From: Candidatus Actinomarinales bacterium
GTDB taxonomy: Bacteria; Actinomycetota; Acidimicrobiia; Actinomarinales; Actinomarinaceae
Assembly: GCA_004213405.1 (NCBI GenBank)
Contig: SGYR01000004.1
Coordinates: 1-54,832 of the forward strand
Direction of reading: 5' to 3'
Length of the DNA: 54,832 nucleotides
Below, in pieces: positions 1 through 8,819 of the stretch; positions within the stretch are counted from its first letter, which is position 1, and the number at the start of each line of letters is the position of its first letter. The notes beneath the pieces were generated by a model. That model had not been told where the DNA came from and ran no database searches. It saw only the letters and a program-made list of their open reading frames with translations. A program made the translations under genes and the position numbers.

Positions 1-880
1 CAAGAAATACTGATGGTTTAATTGTAGGAAGAGCATCTCTCATGTCTTCTAATACAGGAACTGGAAATATTTGGCCAACTCTGTAAATAGATTGATAGTG
101 GTCACCAGCTCTTGCAGCAATGTGTGCCATTGGTAAGTAAGAGACAATCCTTGGAAAATTGCTTGCAGGAATCATTTGACCAAATAAACTTTCAATTGTC
201 CATAGGACGTTTTTGTGAGAAATCATTACGCCTTTAGGTTTTCCAGTTGTTCCAGATGTAAATATTAAACAAGCTAAAGAGTCTGGAGTAACAGTAGCAA
301 TAGCGGAATCTAATTTTGAGCTGTCTTCTTGATTTAATTCCTTTCCTTTTTCAACTAACTCGTGGTAGCTATGAACATAATCAAGTTCTTTGTTATCTTC
401 ATAACCATCTATAAGCACAATCGCTTCTAATTTTGGACACTGTTCTTTTGCTGCATTTACTTCTGCAAATAATTCAAGATCACCTACAACTGCAACCTTG
501 GCTTCCATGAGGTTTGCTACATATTCAATCTGGGATGATTTTAATTGTTTATATAACGTAGATGGAGTAGCTCCACAGTACACAATTCCTAGATCAGAAA
601 TGTTATGTTCTTTAGTATTGTTAGACATAATAAATGCTGTGTCGCCTGGACCTAGTCCGAGAGACATTAATCCTGCTGCTAAATTTTTTGATACATCTCT
701 ATACTCTGACCAAGATATTGAATCCCAAGCAGAATATTCACTATTAGCTGGAGTATTTAATGCTGGATAGTCCGGATACTCTTCTGCATTTCTATCAATA
801 AAATCTAAAAGTGTTTTTCCATCAACCGATGCTGTAATTAAATTTTCTTGTGATTTCAAATAATCGTGTAACTTAGACAA
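1..880 (-). CDS. fadD: Long-chain fatty-acid--CoA ligase (AMP-dependent synthetase), 5' part only; runs off the left edge
   Basis: Not in the ORF track. Manual translation from TTG at 880 (GGGGGA RBS upstream) gives MSKLHDYLKSQENL..., the AMP-binding motif LIFTSGTTGKPKGVMISH and SYLPMAHI. The frame is open to position 1. Confidence 0.9.
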   Translation of the reverse strand, partial: MSKLHDYLKSQENLITASVDGKTLLDFIDRNAEEYPDYPALNTPANSEYSAWDSISWSEYRDVSKNLAAGLMSLGLGPGDTAFIMSNNTKEHNISDLGIVYCGATPSTLYKQLKSSQIEYVANLMEAKVAVVGDLELFAEVNAAKEQCPKLEAIVLIDGYEDNKELDYVHSYHELVEKGKELNQEDSSKLDSAIATVTPDSLACLIFTSGTTGKPKGVMISHKNVLWTIESLFGQMIPASNFPRIVSYLPMAHIAARAGDHYQSIYRVGQIFPVPVLEDMRDALPTIKPSVFL

Positions 881-950
881 AATATCCCCCTATGAATCTG
901 ATACTCAATTTTAATTTAAAAAAGTTAAATGAGCTATTAAATAATAGGAT

Positions 951-1817
951 TTATCCTTTTACAGACCCTGCAGTTAATCCACCTGTAATTTGCTTCTGAA
1001 AAAAGATAAATAGAACTGCAATCGGTGTTGCCGCTATAACTGATGAAGCAGCGATTACTCCCCAGTCAGCGTTGAAATCGTCTACAAAAACAGTATTAAT
1101 TCCAACTGCAACTGTCCATAAATTTTTATCTTTTAAGAATATAGAGGCAAGAATAAAGTCGGAATAAATCCCTATAAATGTTATAACAAAAATTACAACT
1201 AATATTGGTCTAGAAAGCGGTGCTATTATTCTCCTAAATATTTGGAAATCAGTTGCACCATCTACTTTTGCAGCTTCATCAAGAGAAGGTGATATTGTAT
1301 CCATAAAGCCCTTAATCAACCAGGAATTGAAACCAATTGATCCTCCAAGATAAACCAATATTAAACCTATGTGTGTACCAAGTCCCATAAATGGTGCTAC
1401 ATCACTTATTTGAAAAAATAGTAAATATATTGCAACAAAAGCTAAAAATGATGGAAACATTTGAACAATTACTAGTGTTAACAAACTTGCCCTACGGCCT
1501 TTAAATTTAAGCCTAGAAAAAGCATATGCAGCTAAAGTTCCAAGAAAGACGTTAAAAAATCCAGCAATAATCGCTACTTTATAAGTATTGAAAAGCCATT
1601 TATAATATGGAACCAATGGATCGTTAGAAAGTAACTTGTAATGTTTTAGCGTGAACCCATCTGGAATTAATTTCGAATTAGTTAAATTAGCAAAATCTGC
1701 AACAGAATTTGTAGCAACAAATAAAATTGGATAAACAGCAAAAGTTGTAAATATTAATGCTATTAAATGTCTCCATCCGTATTCTTTTGCCCAATTTAAA
1801 ACTTTAGATGTTGCCAT
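951..1817 (-). CDS. malG: Maltose/maltodextrin ABC transporter permease (MalG type)
   Basis: EAA loop LDEAAKVDGATDFQIF, AAYAFSRLKFKGR and C-terminal GGLTAGSVKG. Start re-called at ATG 1817 (MATSKV) with GGAAAGAG upstream. Confidence 0.9.
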   Translation of the reverse strand: MATSKVLNWAKEYGWRHLIALIFTTFAVYPILFVATNSVADFANLTNSKLIPDGFTLKHYKLLSNDPLVPYYKWLFNTYKVAIIAGFFNVFLGTLAAYAFSRLKFKGRRASLLTLVIVQMFPSFLAFVAIYLLFFQISDVAPFMGLGTHIGLILVYLGGSIGFNSWLIKGFMDTISPSLDEAAKVDGATDFQIFRRIIAPLSRPILVVIFVITFIGIYSDFILASIFLKDKNLWTVAVGINTVFVDDFNADWGVIAASSVIAATPIAVLFIFFQKQITGGLTAGSVKG

Positions 1818-3390
1818 ATACTCTTTCCAATCGCTTTGTATATCTAAATGAAATAGCTGAAATAATAAGAACGAGTGCAAAAATAATAATTGTGACACTA
1901 GAAGCAAGTCCAAATAAATTCCCTCTACCTCCAGAAATTGCCAACTTATAAGTAAAAGAAATTAAGATATCTGTCCAACCTACTGATACGTCACTTCCAA
2001 CAATCGGTGGACCACCTCCCGAAAGAAGAAATATCAAAGTGAAATTATTAAAATTGTACGCAAATGATCCAATAAGTAGAGGTGATATTGAGACCATTAG
2101 TAAAGGAAAGGTTATCCTCCAAAAGGATTGAAGACCATTTGCCCCATCTACTTTTGCTGCTTCAATTAACTCTCTAGGAATAGACTGCAATGCACCAGTG
2201 GTAATCAAGAACATGTAAGGAAAACCAAGCCATGTATTAACTAAAAGAACTGCAGTTCTTGCACTTTCCTTAGTTGTAAGCCATTTAACAGGTTCCATAT
2301 CAATCAAATCGTAAATAGGACCAAGCCATGTATTGATAAGACCATAATCAGGATTTAAAAGTCCTTTCCAAACAAGAGCAGAGACAAATGCTGGAATAGC
2401 ATATGGGAGAATAAAAATTGCTCTATAAATTCTTTGAAATTTTAATCCATCTTTATTCAAAATCATGCTCAAAAATAATCCAACGGCAAAAGATAATAGG
2501 ACAGATAGCAAAGCAAATTGAAATGTCCATTTAGCAACAACATTTAAAGGTCCTCTTATCCTTTGGCTGGAAAATAGTTTTCTGTAATTTTCCCCACCCA
2601 CAAATACTCTCCACCCTGGTTCTATTTCTGTACCTTCACATTCAAAATTATCTTTTACAACCGGACAGATAGTGTTGGTAGCATTGTTTACCAAACTATC
2701 ATTTACATCATCATATGTATAAAGTTGAGAAGTAGATGATAGCCGTCCCGTAGAAGCTCCAAATACAGATATTTTATATAACTGTGCTCGTGTATTTTTA
2801 TCAATTACTAGGGAAAGTTCTTGCAAACTACTTGAATTGGCTACCTGTTCTTTTCCAGTTAGTAAATTAAAACCATCTGGTGGAACAAATTCACCATTAT
2901 TAAAAAGTGATGGTTCGTGTGTTGCTAAAGAAGTAGAAAATATTTCATCATTTGTAACAGCTTTTCCAAAAAGAATATTTTGAACGTCTAAGTAAGCAAC
3001 GTAATAAAAGTTTAAATTACTGTCTTGAAGAATATAAATTTCAAATTCTATACCTTTTTGATCTTCTGGGGTGTAAACCCTATCCTCAAGAACATTAATA
3101 GCTTGCGTTTTGGTTAAAATGTGCCCTGTTGACCAATTAGTAAAAGACACATAAGTATTGTAAACAGCTGGAAATACCACAAAAGATAACATGAATATCA
3201 TCCCAGGAAGTATCCATTTCATTGGTTGAAATTTTTCCGTGAAATATACAAAATTTACTAATAAACCGACAACAACTATCAATGACAAGAAAAACCAAGA
3301 TTCATATGCCAAAGTTAATGGAATAGAATATACAATTAAAGCATTGAATACAGCTAAAAAGATATATCTCAAAATTTTAGAAAGAGTCAT
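1804..3390 (-). CDS. malF: Maltose/maltodextrin ABC transporter permease (MalF type) with a large extracytoplasmic loop
   Basis: EAA loop LIEAAKVDGANGLQSF, LILPYAIPAF-like and FNNFTLIFLL motifs, SFTNWSTGHIL. Start re-called at ATG 3390. Confidence 0.88.
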   Translation of the reverse strand: MTLSKILRYIFLAVFNALIVYSIPLTLAYESWFFLSLIVVVGLLVNFVYFTEKFQPMKWILPGMIFMLSFVVFPAVYNTYVSFTNWSTGHILTKTQAINVLEDRVYTPEDQKGIEFEIYILQDSNLNFYYVAYLDVQNILFGKAVTNDEIFSTSLATHEPSLFNNGEFVPPDGFNLLTGKEQVANSSSLQELSLVIDKNTRAQLYKISVFGASTGRLSSTSQLYTYDDVNDSLVNNATNTICPVVKDNFECEGTEIEPGWRVFVGGENYRKLFSSQRIRGPLNVVAKWTFQFALLSVLLSFAVGLFLSMILNKDGLKFQRIYRAIFILPYAIPAFVSALVWKGLLNPDYGLINTWLGPIYDLIDMEPVKWLTTKESARTAVLLVNTWLGFPYMFLITTGALQSIPRELIEAAKVDGANGLQSFWRITFPLLMVSISPLLIGSFAYNFNNFTLIFLLSGGGPPIVGSDVSVGWTDILISFTYKLAISGGRGNLFGLASSVTIIIFALVLIISAISFRYTKRLERVYGNI

Positions 3391-3406
3391 ACTTAAATAT
3401 ATCATT

Positions 3407-3438
3407 AAAAAAATTGGGGCTCAATAGAGCCCCAATTT
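3407..3438 (-). terminator. Intrinsic terminator-like hairpin between malE and malF
   Basis: Perfect 12-bp stem AAATTGGGGCTC/GAGCCCCAATTT (3411-3438) with a 4-nt loop. On the minus strand it ends in a run of 7 T (3407-3413). Confidence 0.8.
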
Positions 3439-3456
3439 AATATTGATTAATTAAAA

Positions 3457-4749
3457 TTAACCACCTGCAATAGCATTTCTAATTTGCTCTGCTGCTAATT
3501 TAACCGCATCAGATGCATTGCTTATTGTAACGCCAGTTTCTTCATTAGTTCCATATGCTTGAGTTCTAATGACATTTAAGGCGTCAGCCATTGGTCCCCA
3601 TACACTTCCCATTTCTGGAATATTAGGCATAGGAATACCGTTTGAAGCACTTGCTGCAAATTGAGCTGCAATCGGATCTGCTGCTTCAACTATAGCAAAC
3701 AATGATTTTGTTGCTGGTAGTCTAGGATCCGATTCATACATTGCCTGTTGAACTTCAACAGTTGCAAAAAAGTCAAGGATAAAGCTTTGTGCTAACACTT
3801 GCTTTTCACTAAATGATGAAACCATTGCACCTCTTACTCCAACAAATGGAGTCGCTGGATTTCCATCAAATTGTGGAATTAATCCTACACCATAATTTAC
3901 TGCACTAGCATCATTACGTGCCCATGGTCCAGTCATCCAGAATAAAGCACGACCCTCTTGGAAATTAGACAATGCTCCACCGTAATCAGTATTTGTAACC
4001 GTTCCGTTTTTCACAAGTCCATCAAGGTAATCTGCAGAAGCAATAGCCCCAGCGTTGTCTAAACCAACATCTGAAGCATCGAATCCGCCTTCGGAAGCAA
4101 ACACATAACCTCCAGCTGAAGCTACAAATGGGTGGTTGTGATAAGCATCATTTGAAGGTGTTCCAACGCAAAATTCTGTACCTGCAGCATCACAAGCAGC
4201 TTTTGCTTCTTCCCATGTTGTTGGGACAGAATCAACTAAATCTGCGTTGTAATACATTGCGATAGCTTCTGTTGCGTAGGGAAATCCATAAACTTCTCCA
4301 GCATAGCTAAATGCTGTAACTCCTACTTCAAATATGTCTGATGCTACAGACCCTAAATCTAGTGGTGAAACTACACCGTTTGCTGCTAGTTCTCCAACCC
4401 AGTCGTGTGCTCCTAAGAATACATCTGGACCTTCACCTGCTGGGCCAGCAGTCTGAACATCAGTTCTTATTGCACCAAAGTCATAAGCTACTACTTCAAC
4501 ATCAACACCAGCAGCAGCTTCATAAGCCCCAACTAATGGATTTAAAGCCTCCGCGACTTTTTCTTCAGCCCATACCACGATTACTTCTGGTGGTGGTGCT
4601 GTGGTTGCAGGAGCAGCCAATGTTTCTTGAGGTGCTTCAGTGGTATCTGGTGCTTCTGCTGCATCATCTGCAGTATCGCCACCACAAGCCACGGCAACTA
4701 AAGAGAACATCAATAAAAATACGATAAATCGTAATTTATTAGTTTTCAT
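3457..4749 (-). CDS. malE: Maltose/maltodextrin ABC substrate-binding lipoprotein
   Basis: Lipobox AVA-C, an Ala/Pro/Thr/Glu linker, GPDVFLGAHDWVGELAANG and IPMPNIPEMGSVW (MalE signatures). Start re-called at ATG 4749 with a GGGAG RBS. Confidence 0.9.
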   Translation of the reverse strand: MKTNKLRFIVFLLMFSLVAVACGGDTADDAAEAPDTTEAPQETLAAPATTAPPPEVIVVWAEEKVAEALNPLVGAYEAAAGVDVEVVAYDFGAIRTDVQTAGPAGEGPDVFLGAHDWVGELAANGVVSPLDLGSVASDIFEVGVTAFSYAGEVYGFPYATEAIAMYYNADLVDSVPTTWEEAKAACDAAGTEFCVGTPSNDAYHNHPFVASAGGYVFASEGGFDASDVGLDNAGAIASADYLDGLVKNGTVTNTDYGGALSNFQEGRALFWMTGPWARNDASAVNYGVGLIPQFDGNPATPFVGVRGAMVSSFSEKQVLAQSFILDFFATVEVQQAMYESDPRLPATKSLFAIVEAADPIAAQFAASASNGIPMPNIPEMGSVWGPMADALNVIRTQAYGTNEETGVTISNASDAVKLAAEQIRNAIAGG

Positions 4750-4856
4750 ATACTCCCTTTCATATATACGTATATTCACTCTTTACGAATGTCAATGACA
4801 ACTCTAAAGAATAATTAAAATTTTTTCTAGCTAAATAAAAAAAATTGTACAATATT

Positions 4857-6788
4857 TTATTTTTCGTGAAGAATTATGCCTATATTTCCAGCATTTTTTG
4901 TTATTTTGACAGAACCGTCTTCAAGATTTGCTTCACAATCTCCATAGACTACATCGATACTATGTGCATTAGATGGGATAGCTATGTCATTAGTAGATCT
5001 GTCTCTATTTACAATACAAATAAGTGACTCATCTTGTAAAATTCTTCTGAAAATTACAACATCTTCTTTGTAATCTAATAATTCAAATCTTCCATATTTA
5101 AAAATTGGATTAACATTTTTGATTTGCATCATAGTTTTTGTAAATTCAAGAATTTTTTTATTCCACGATTCTTCATTGTGCCAAGGAAATGGTTCTCTGT
5201 TGAAAGGATCATCAGCACCACCTAGGCCAACTTCATCTCCATAGTAAACACCAGCTATGCCTGGAAATGTAGCTTGTAGAAATATTGCTCCAAGTATGCC
5301 ATCTTGATTATTACCACATCGATTTAAAAATCTTTTTACGTCATGCGAACTTAATAAATTCTGGCATGAAGAAAGAGCTTCAAAAGAATACATGGAATAT
5401 AAATTGGCAAGCGAATCAGCAAATTCTTTATTATTGATTCTTTTAGTGGCAAAGAAATCAGTCATAGTTTCTCTAAAAGAGTAATTCATTGTTCCATCAA
5501 ATCTATCTCCTTGGAGCCACTGAGAAGTATCTCCAAATATTTCAGAAATAAGCAGAACGTCTTTCTTAGTTGCATATGCGATATCTCTAAAATCTTTCCA
5601 AAATGAGAAATCTAGTTCTTTTGCTACGTCCATTCTCCATCCATCAATATCAAAATTTTCAATCCAGTGCTTAGTAACATCAAGAGCCCACTGTCTTGCA
5701 CCATCAGATTCAAAATTTACTTTAGGCATATCGGGTACTCCCCACCAAGCTTTAAATGACGGTTCAACTATAGGACCATCATCTTCTCTTATTTCTACTG
5801 GAACCATAGTTTCTTCGAAAGTTTTATCTAAATATTGTTTATACTCTTCTTGATTGCCATCCCAACCTACTTTGTAAGTATTGGCATATAAGTGTGGTCT
5901 GTGGATAAACCTTACTGGATAATCGAATACTGTAAACCAGTCTTTATACTTTGACTTTTCTCCATTCTTAACTAAGTCTTGAAATGCAAAATGTCTTGGG
6001 TGAACATGATTCAATGAACAGTCTAAGATTATTTTCATACTTCTTTTATGACATTCTTCAATTAATTCTCGTAAAGCATCGTCACCACCTAATGTAGGGT
6101 CGACTTTAAAATGATCCCATGCATCGTACTTGTGTGTACTAGATGACAAAAATATTGGATTTAAGTAAATTATATTTACTCCGAGAGACTGGATATGATC
6201 AAGCTTTTGGATTACTCCATATAAGTCTCCGCCTTGAAAATCTAATCTTGTAGGAATTGAACCCCATTCAACAGTATTTTTTGGATTTAGAGAACTGTCA
6301 CCATTAGCAAATCTATCAGGAAATACTTGATACATTACTCCCCCGTATACCCAGTCAGGAATTGTGTGTCTTTGGTATGAGCCAGAATCATATACCCATT
6401 TTTCTGAAGGAGATATGAAATTTGCTATACCACTAGTTCCTAGATAAAGATTAAGCTGTTCATCAGTGCTTGCTGCAAAGCTAAACTTTGCTGTAGGTGA
6501 TCTGAACTGTATCTGAGTGCCCCAAAAAATAAACCTGTCTGTTTCTGCATATTTCCTAAGTTCAATTGGTCTAAAGTCTTCATCTTCTAATAAAATCCAG
6601 AGTTTTGAGATATTTTTTTGAGAGTGAACTCTAACTCTCCCAGTTCCGTCTCTCGAAATAGAAAAGTGTTTTTTATCGTTAAAATCGAATCTAAAATCAT
6701 AATGCCCTAAATGAACATCACCATCAAAAAAATCTATCTTCTGCTTTTCACCAGCATCTACAAATTCGGGACTGTGCTCTTCTACCAT
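4857..6788 (-). CDS. GH13 neopullulanase/cyclomaltodextrinase/maltogenic amylase-like glycosidase, cytoplasmic
   Basis: MYQVFPDRFANGD, GGDLYGVIQKLDHI, GWRMDVAKE (nucleophile), SEIF (acid/base), LSSHD and MPKVN. No signal peptide. Confidence 0.9.
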   Translation of the reverse strand: MVEEHSPEFVDAGEKQKIDFFDGDVHLGHYDFRFDFNDKKHFSISRDGTGRVRVHSQKNISKLWILLEDEDFRPIELRKYAETDRFIFWGTQIQFRSPTAKFSFAASTDEQLNLYLGTSGIANFISPSEKWVYDSGSYQRHTIPDWVYGGVMYQVFPDRFANGDSSLNPKNTVEWGSIPTRLDFQGGDLYGVIQKLDHIQSLGVNIIYLNPIFLSSSTHKYDAWDHFKVDPTLGGDDALRELIEECHKRSMKIILDCSLNHVHPRHFAFQDLVKNGEKSKYKDWFTVFDYPVRFIHRPHLYANTYKVGWDGNQEEYKQYLDKTFEETMVPVEIREDDGPIVEPSFKAWWGVPDMPKVNFESDGARQWALDVTKHWIENFDIDGWRMDVAKELDFSFWKDFRDIAYATKKDVLLISEIFGDTSQWLQGDRFDGTMNYSFRETMTDFFATKRINNKEFADSLANLYSMYSFEALSSCQNLLSSHDVKRFLNRCGNNQDGILGAIFLQATFPGIAGVYYGDEVGLGGADDPFNREPFPWHNEESWNKKILEFTKTMMQIKNVNPIFKYGRFELLDYKEDVVIFRRILQDESLICIVNRDRSTNDIAIPSNAHSIDVVYGDCEANLEDGSVKITKNAGNIGIILHEK

Positions 6789-6830
6789 AAAAATTAATTT
6801 ACTATCAAATAGTCATTATATACTCTATAT

Positions 6831-8378
6831 TTGAAAGATATGGATATTGATAAAAGTAGCGGAATAATATTGCATCCAACTGCGTTGCCAAGCAAATATG
6901 GAATTGGTGATTTTGGTAATACATCGAAAAAATTTATCGACTTTTTAAATGATACTTCAACTAGTATTTGGCAATTATTACCTTTAGGGCTAACTAGTAC
7001 TGATGAATTTTCTCCTTACTCCAGCCCATCTTCAATACTTGGAAATAGATATTTAATTGATGTTGATAAATTTTCTTATGATTACGAAAGTAATATTAAG
7101 CCCCAAACATTTTCAAAAAAATTTGTTGAATATGATAATGTATATAGGTTTAAAGATGAAATCTTTAAAAATATCGCTCAACATATCAATTTAGAAGACC
7201 AAATTTATTCAAATTTTCTTGAAGATGATTTGATAAGAAAGCATATAACTTTCCTAATTTTAAGAGACGTAAATAGAAAGTCATGGAATCTTTGGGATAA
7301 TGAATTTCAAAATTACAACGATAACTTATTCGATAAGTTGCTAAATGAAAACAAGAATTTAGTCAATTTTCATGTTTTAACACAATATGAATTTTTCAAT
7401 CAATGGAAATCATTAAGGCAGTACGCAAATAAAAAAAATGTTAAAATTCTTGGCGATATCCCTATCTATGTAAATCATGATTCAGCTGATGTTTGGTTAA
7501 ATCAAGATATGTTTGAGATTGATGAAAATTATGAGATGGAATATATTTCAGGTGCAGTACCAGATAGTTTTAATTTAGAAGGACAAATCTGGGGTAATAC
7601 TCTGTACAAATGGAACGCTCACAAAGACGATGATTTTAAATATTGGAAAGATAAATTAAATAGATCCCTTGATCTTTACGACTATTTAAGGATTGATCAC
7701 TTTATTGGATTTTTTAAATTCTGGATAATACCAAAGGGCAAATCAGCTTTAGATGGTCATTGGAGACAAGGGCCAAGATTCGATTTTTTTGAATCGATAA
7801 GCAAAGAGGTTGACTTAAAGAAGCTACTAGCTGAAGATCTAGGTGTAATCTTAAAAGAAACAAAAGAAGTTTTAGAAAAATACAATATACCTGGCATGAA
7901 AGTTTTACAACAAAGGATTCCAAGTAATGATGAAAATCTACCATATTTAGGGGACACAGAAATTATCGATAAGAAAACTTTATTCGAAGAGGCCTCAGAT
8001 GATTATTTTGAAGAGACTCATCCAAATGAATGGGATTACAATCTTACAGCATATACAGGAACTCACGATAGTCCTACGATAAAGCAATGGCTAGATGAGG
8101 CTGATGTATCACAATATGAAAATTTTAATAATTATACAAAATCTCTAGTTAATACTTTTGATAATGATGTTTGGAATTTTATAGCATTAGTTTGGGAGTC
8201 AAATTGCCAATTAGCTGTAACAACAATTCAAGATTTATTACAACTTGATTCAAAAGCAAGATTTAATATTCCAGGAACAGCAGAAAAAAATTGGATTTGG
8301 AGACTTGAAGATTTCGATATTCTTGAGGATATAAAAAAAGATTTAAAAAAGCTTAACAAAGCTACTAACAGGGCCTAA
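6831..8378 (+). CDS. malQ: 4-alpha-glucanotransferase (amylomaltase, GH77)
   Basis: GIILHPTALP, WQLLPLG, GDIPIYV, LRIDHFIG, AEDLG, GTHD and RFNIPGT..NWIWR. The start may be ATG 6840. Confidence 0.93.
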   Translation: MKDMDIDKSSGIILHPTALPSKYGIGDFGNTSKKFIDFLNDTSTSIWQLLPLGLTSTDEFSPYSSPSSILGNRYLIDVDKFSYDYESNIKPQTFSKKFVEYDNVYRFKDEIFKNIAQHINLEDQIYSNFLEDDLIRKHITFLILRDVNRKSWNLWDNEFQNYNDNLFDKLLNENKNLVNFHVLTQYEFFNQWKSLRQYANKKNVKILGDIPIYVNHDSADVWLNQDMFEIDENYEMEYISGAVPDSFNLEGQIWGNTLYKWNAHKDDDFKYWKDKLNRSLDLYDYLRIDHFIGFFKFWIIPKGKSALDGHWRQGPRFDFFESISKEVDLKKLLAEDLGVILKETKEVLEKYNIPGMKVLQQRIPSNDENLPYLGDTEIIDKKTLFEEASDDYFEETHPNEWDYNLTAYTGTHDSPTIKQWLDEADVSQYENFNNYTKSLVNTFDNDVWNFIALVWESNCQLAVTTIQDLLQLDSKARFNIPGTAEKNWIWRLEDFDILEDIKKDLKKLNKATNRA

Positions 8379-8662
8379 TTACTATCCTTGACATAATCAA
8401 CCACTAACTGTGCTTGTTCTTCTGTTATCCTTACTGCTGGCATAGATCCTTTTCCATTCAAAATAGTTTGGAGCCAATATGAATCAGGCATAGCTAAAAC
8501 ATCAGCCTTTTTTAAACTTGGGCCAGCTCTACCTGAAAAATCAGCTTGGTGACACGCTGCACACCTTGCAGTATAAATTTCCTCACCAGTAGTAAGTTCA
8601 GTGGTTTCTTGAGCTCCGCATGCAACAAATAAAAAAAGAAAAAGGAAGGAAACTCTTTTCAT
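8375..8662 (-). CDS. Small monoheme cytochrome c, lipoprotein-anchored
   Basis: Lipobox-like FVAC, GEEIY..CAACH heme motif, GPSL and GKGSMP distal Met. Confidence 0.85.
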   Translation of the reverse strand: MKRVSFLFLFLFVACGAQETTELTTGEEIYTARCAACHQADFSGRAGPSLKKADVLAMPDSYWLQTILNGKGSMPAVRITEEQAQLVVDYVKDSN

Positions 8663-8664
8663 TT

Positions 8665-8802
8665 TTATTCTTCTTCAAGTGCAGATTTGAATTCTTTTGT
8701 AGATTTTCCTAATGATTTAGCTAAGCCTGGAAGCCTTTTTGCTCCAAACAGTAGAAGCAATATCGTTAAAATTATTAAAAGTTCTGGTAATCCTAATCTC
8801 AT
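8665..8802 (-). CDS. tatA: Twin-arginine translocase TatA/E subunit (45 aa)
   Basis: Below the ORF-track cutoff. Manual translation: MRLGLPELLIILTILLLLFGAKRLPGLAKSLGKSTKEFKSALEEE. Confidence 0.93.
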   Translation of the reverse strand: MRLGLPELLIILTILLLLFGAKRLPGLAKSLGKSTKEFKSALEEE

Positions 8803-8819
8803 ATGTTTATTTTAATAGT

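Noticed and set aside
498-770. 90-aa plus-strand ORF
   Set aside because: Antisense shadow of the acyl-CoA ligase, which the ORF track missed because it runs off the edge.
4341-4727. Gln/Leu/His-rich 128-aa ORF
   Set aside because: Antisense to malE. The composition comes from GCA/GCT Ala codons and the low-complexity linker.
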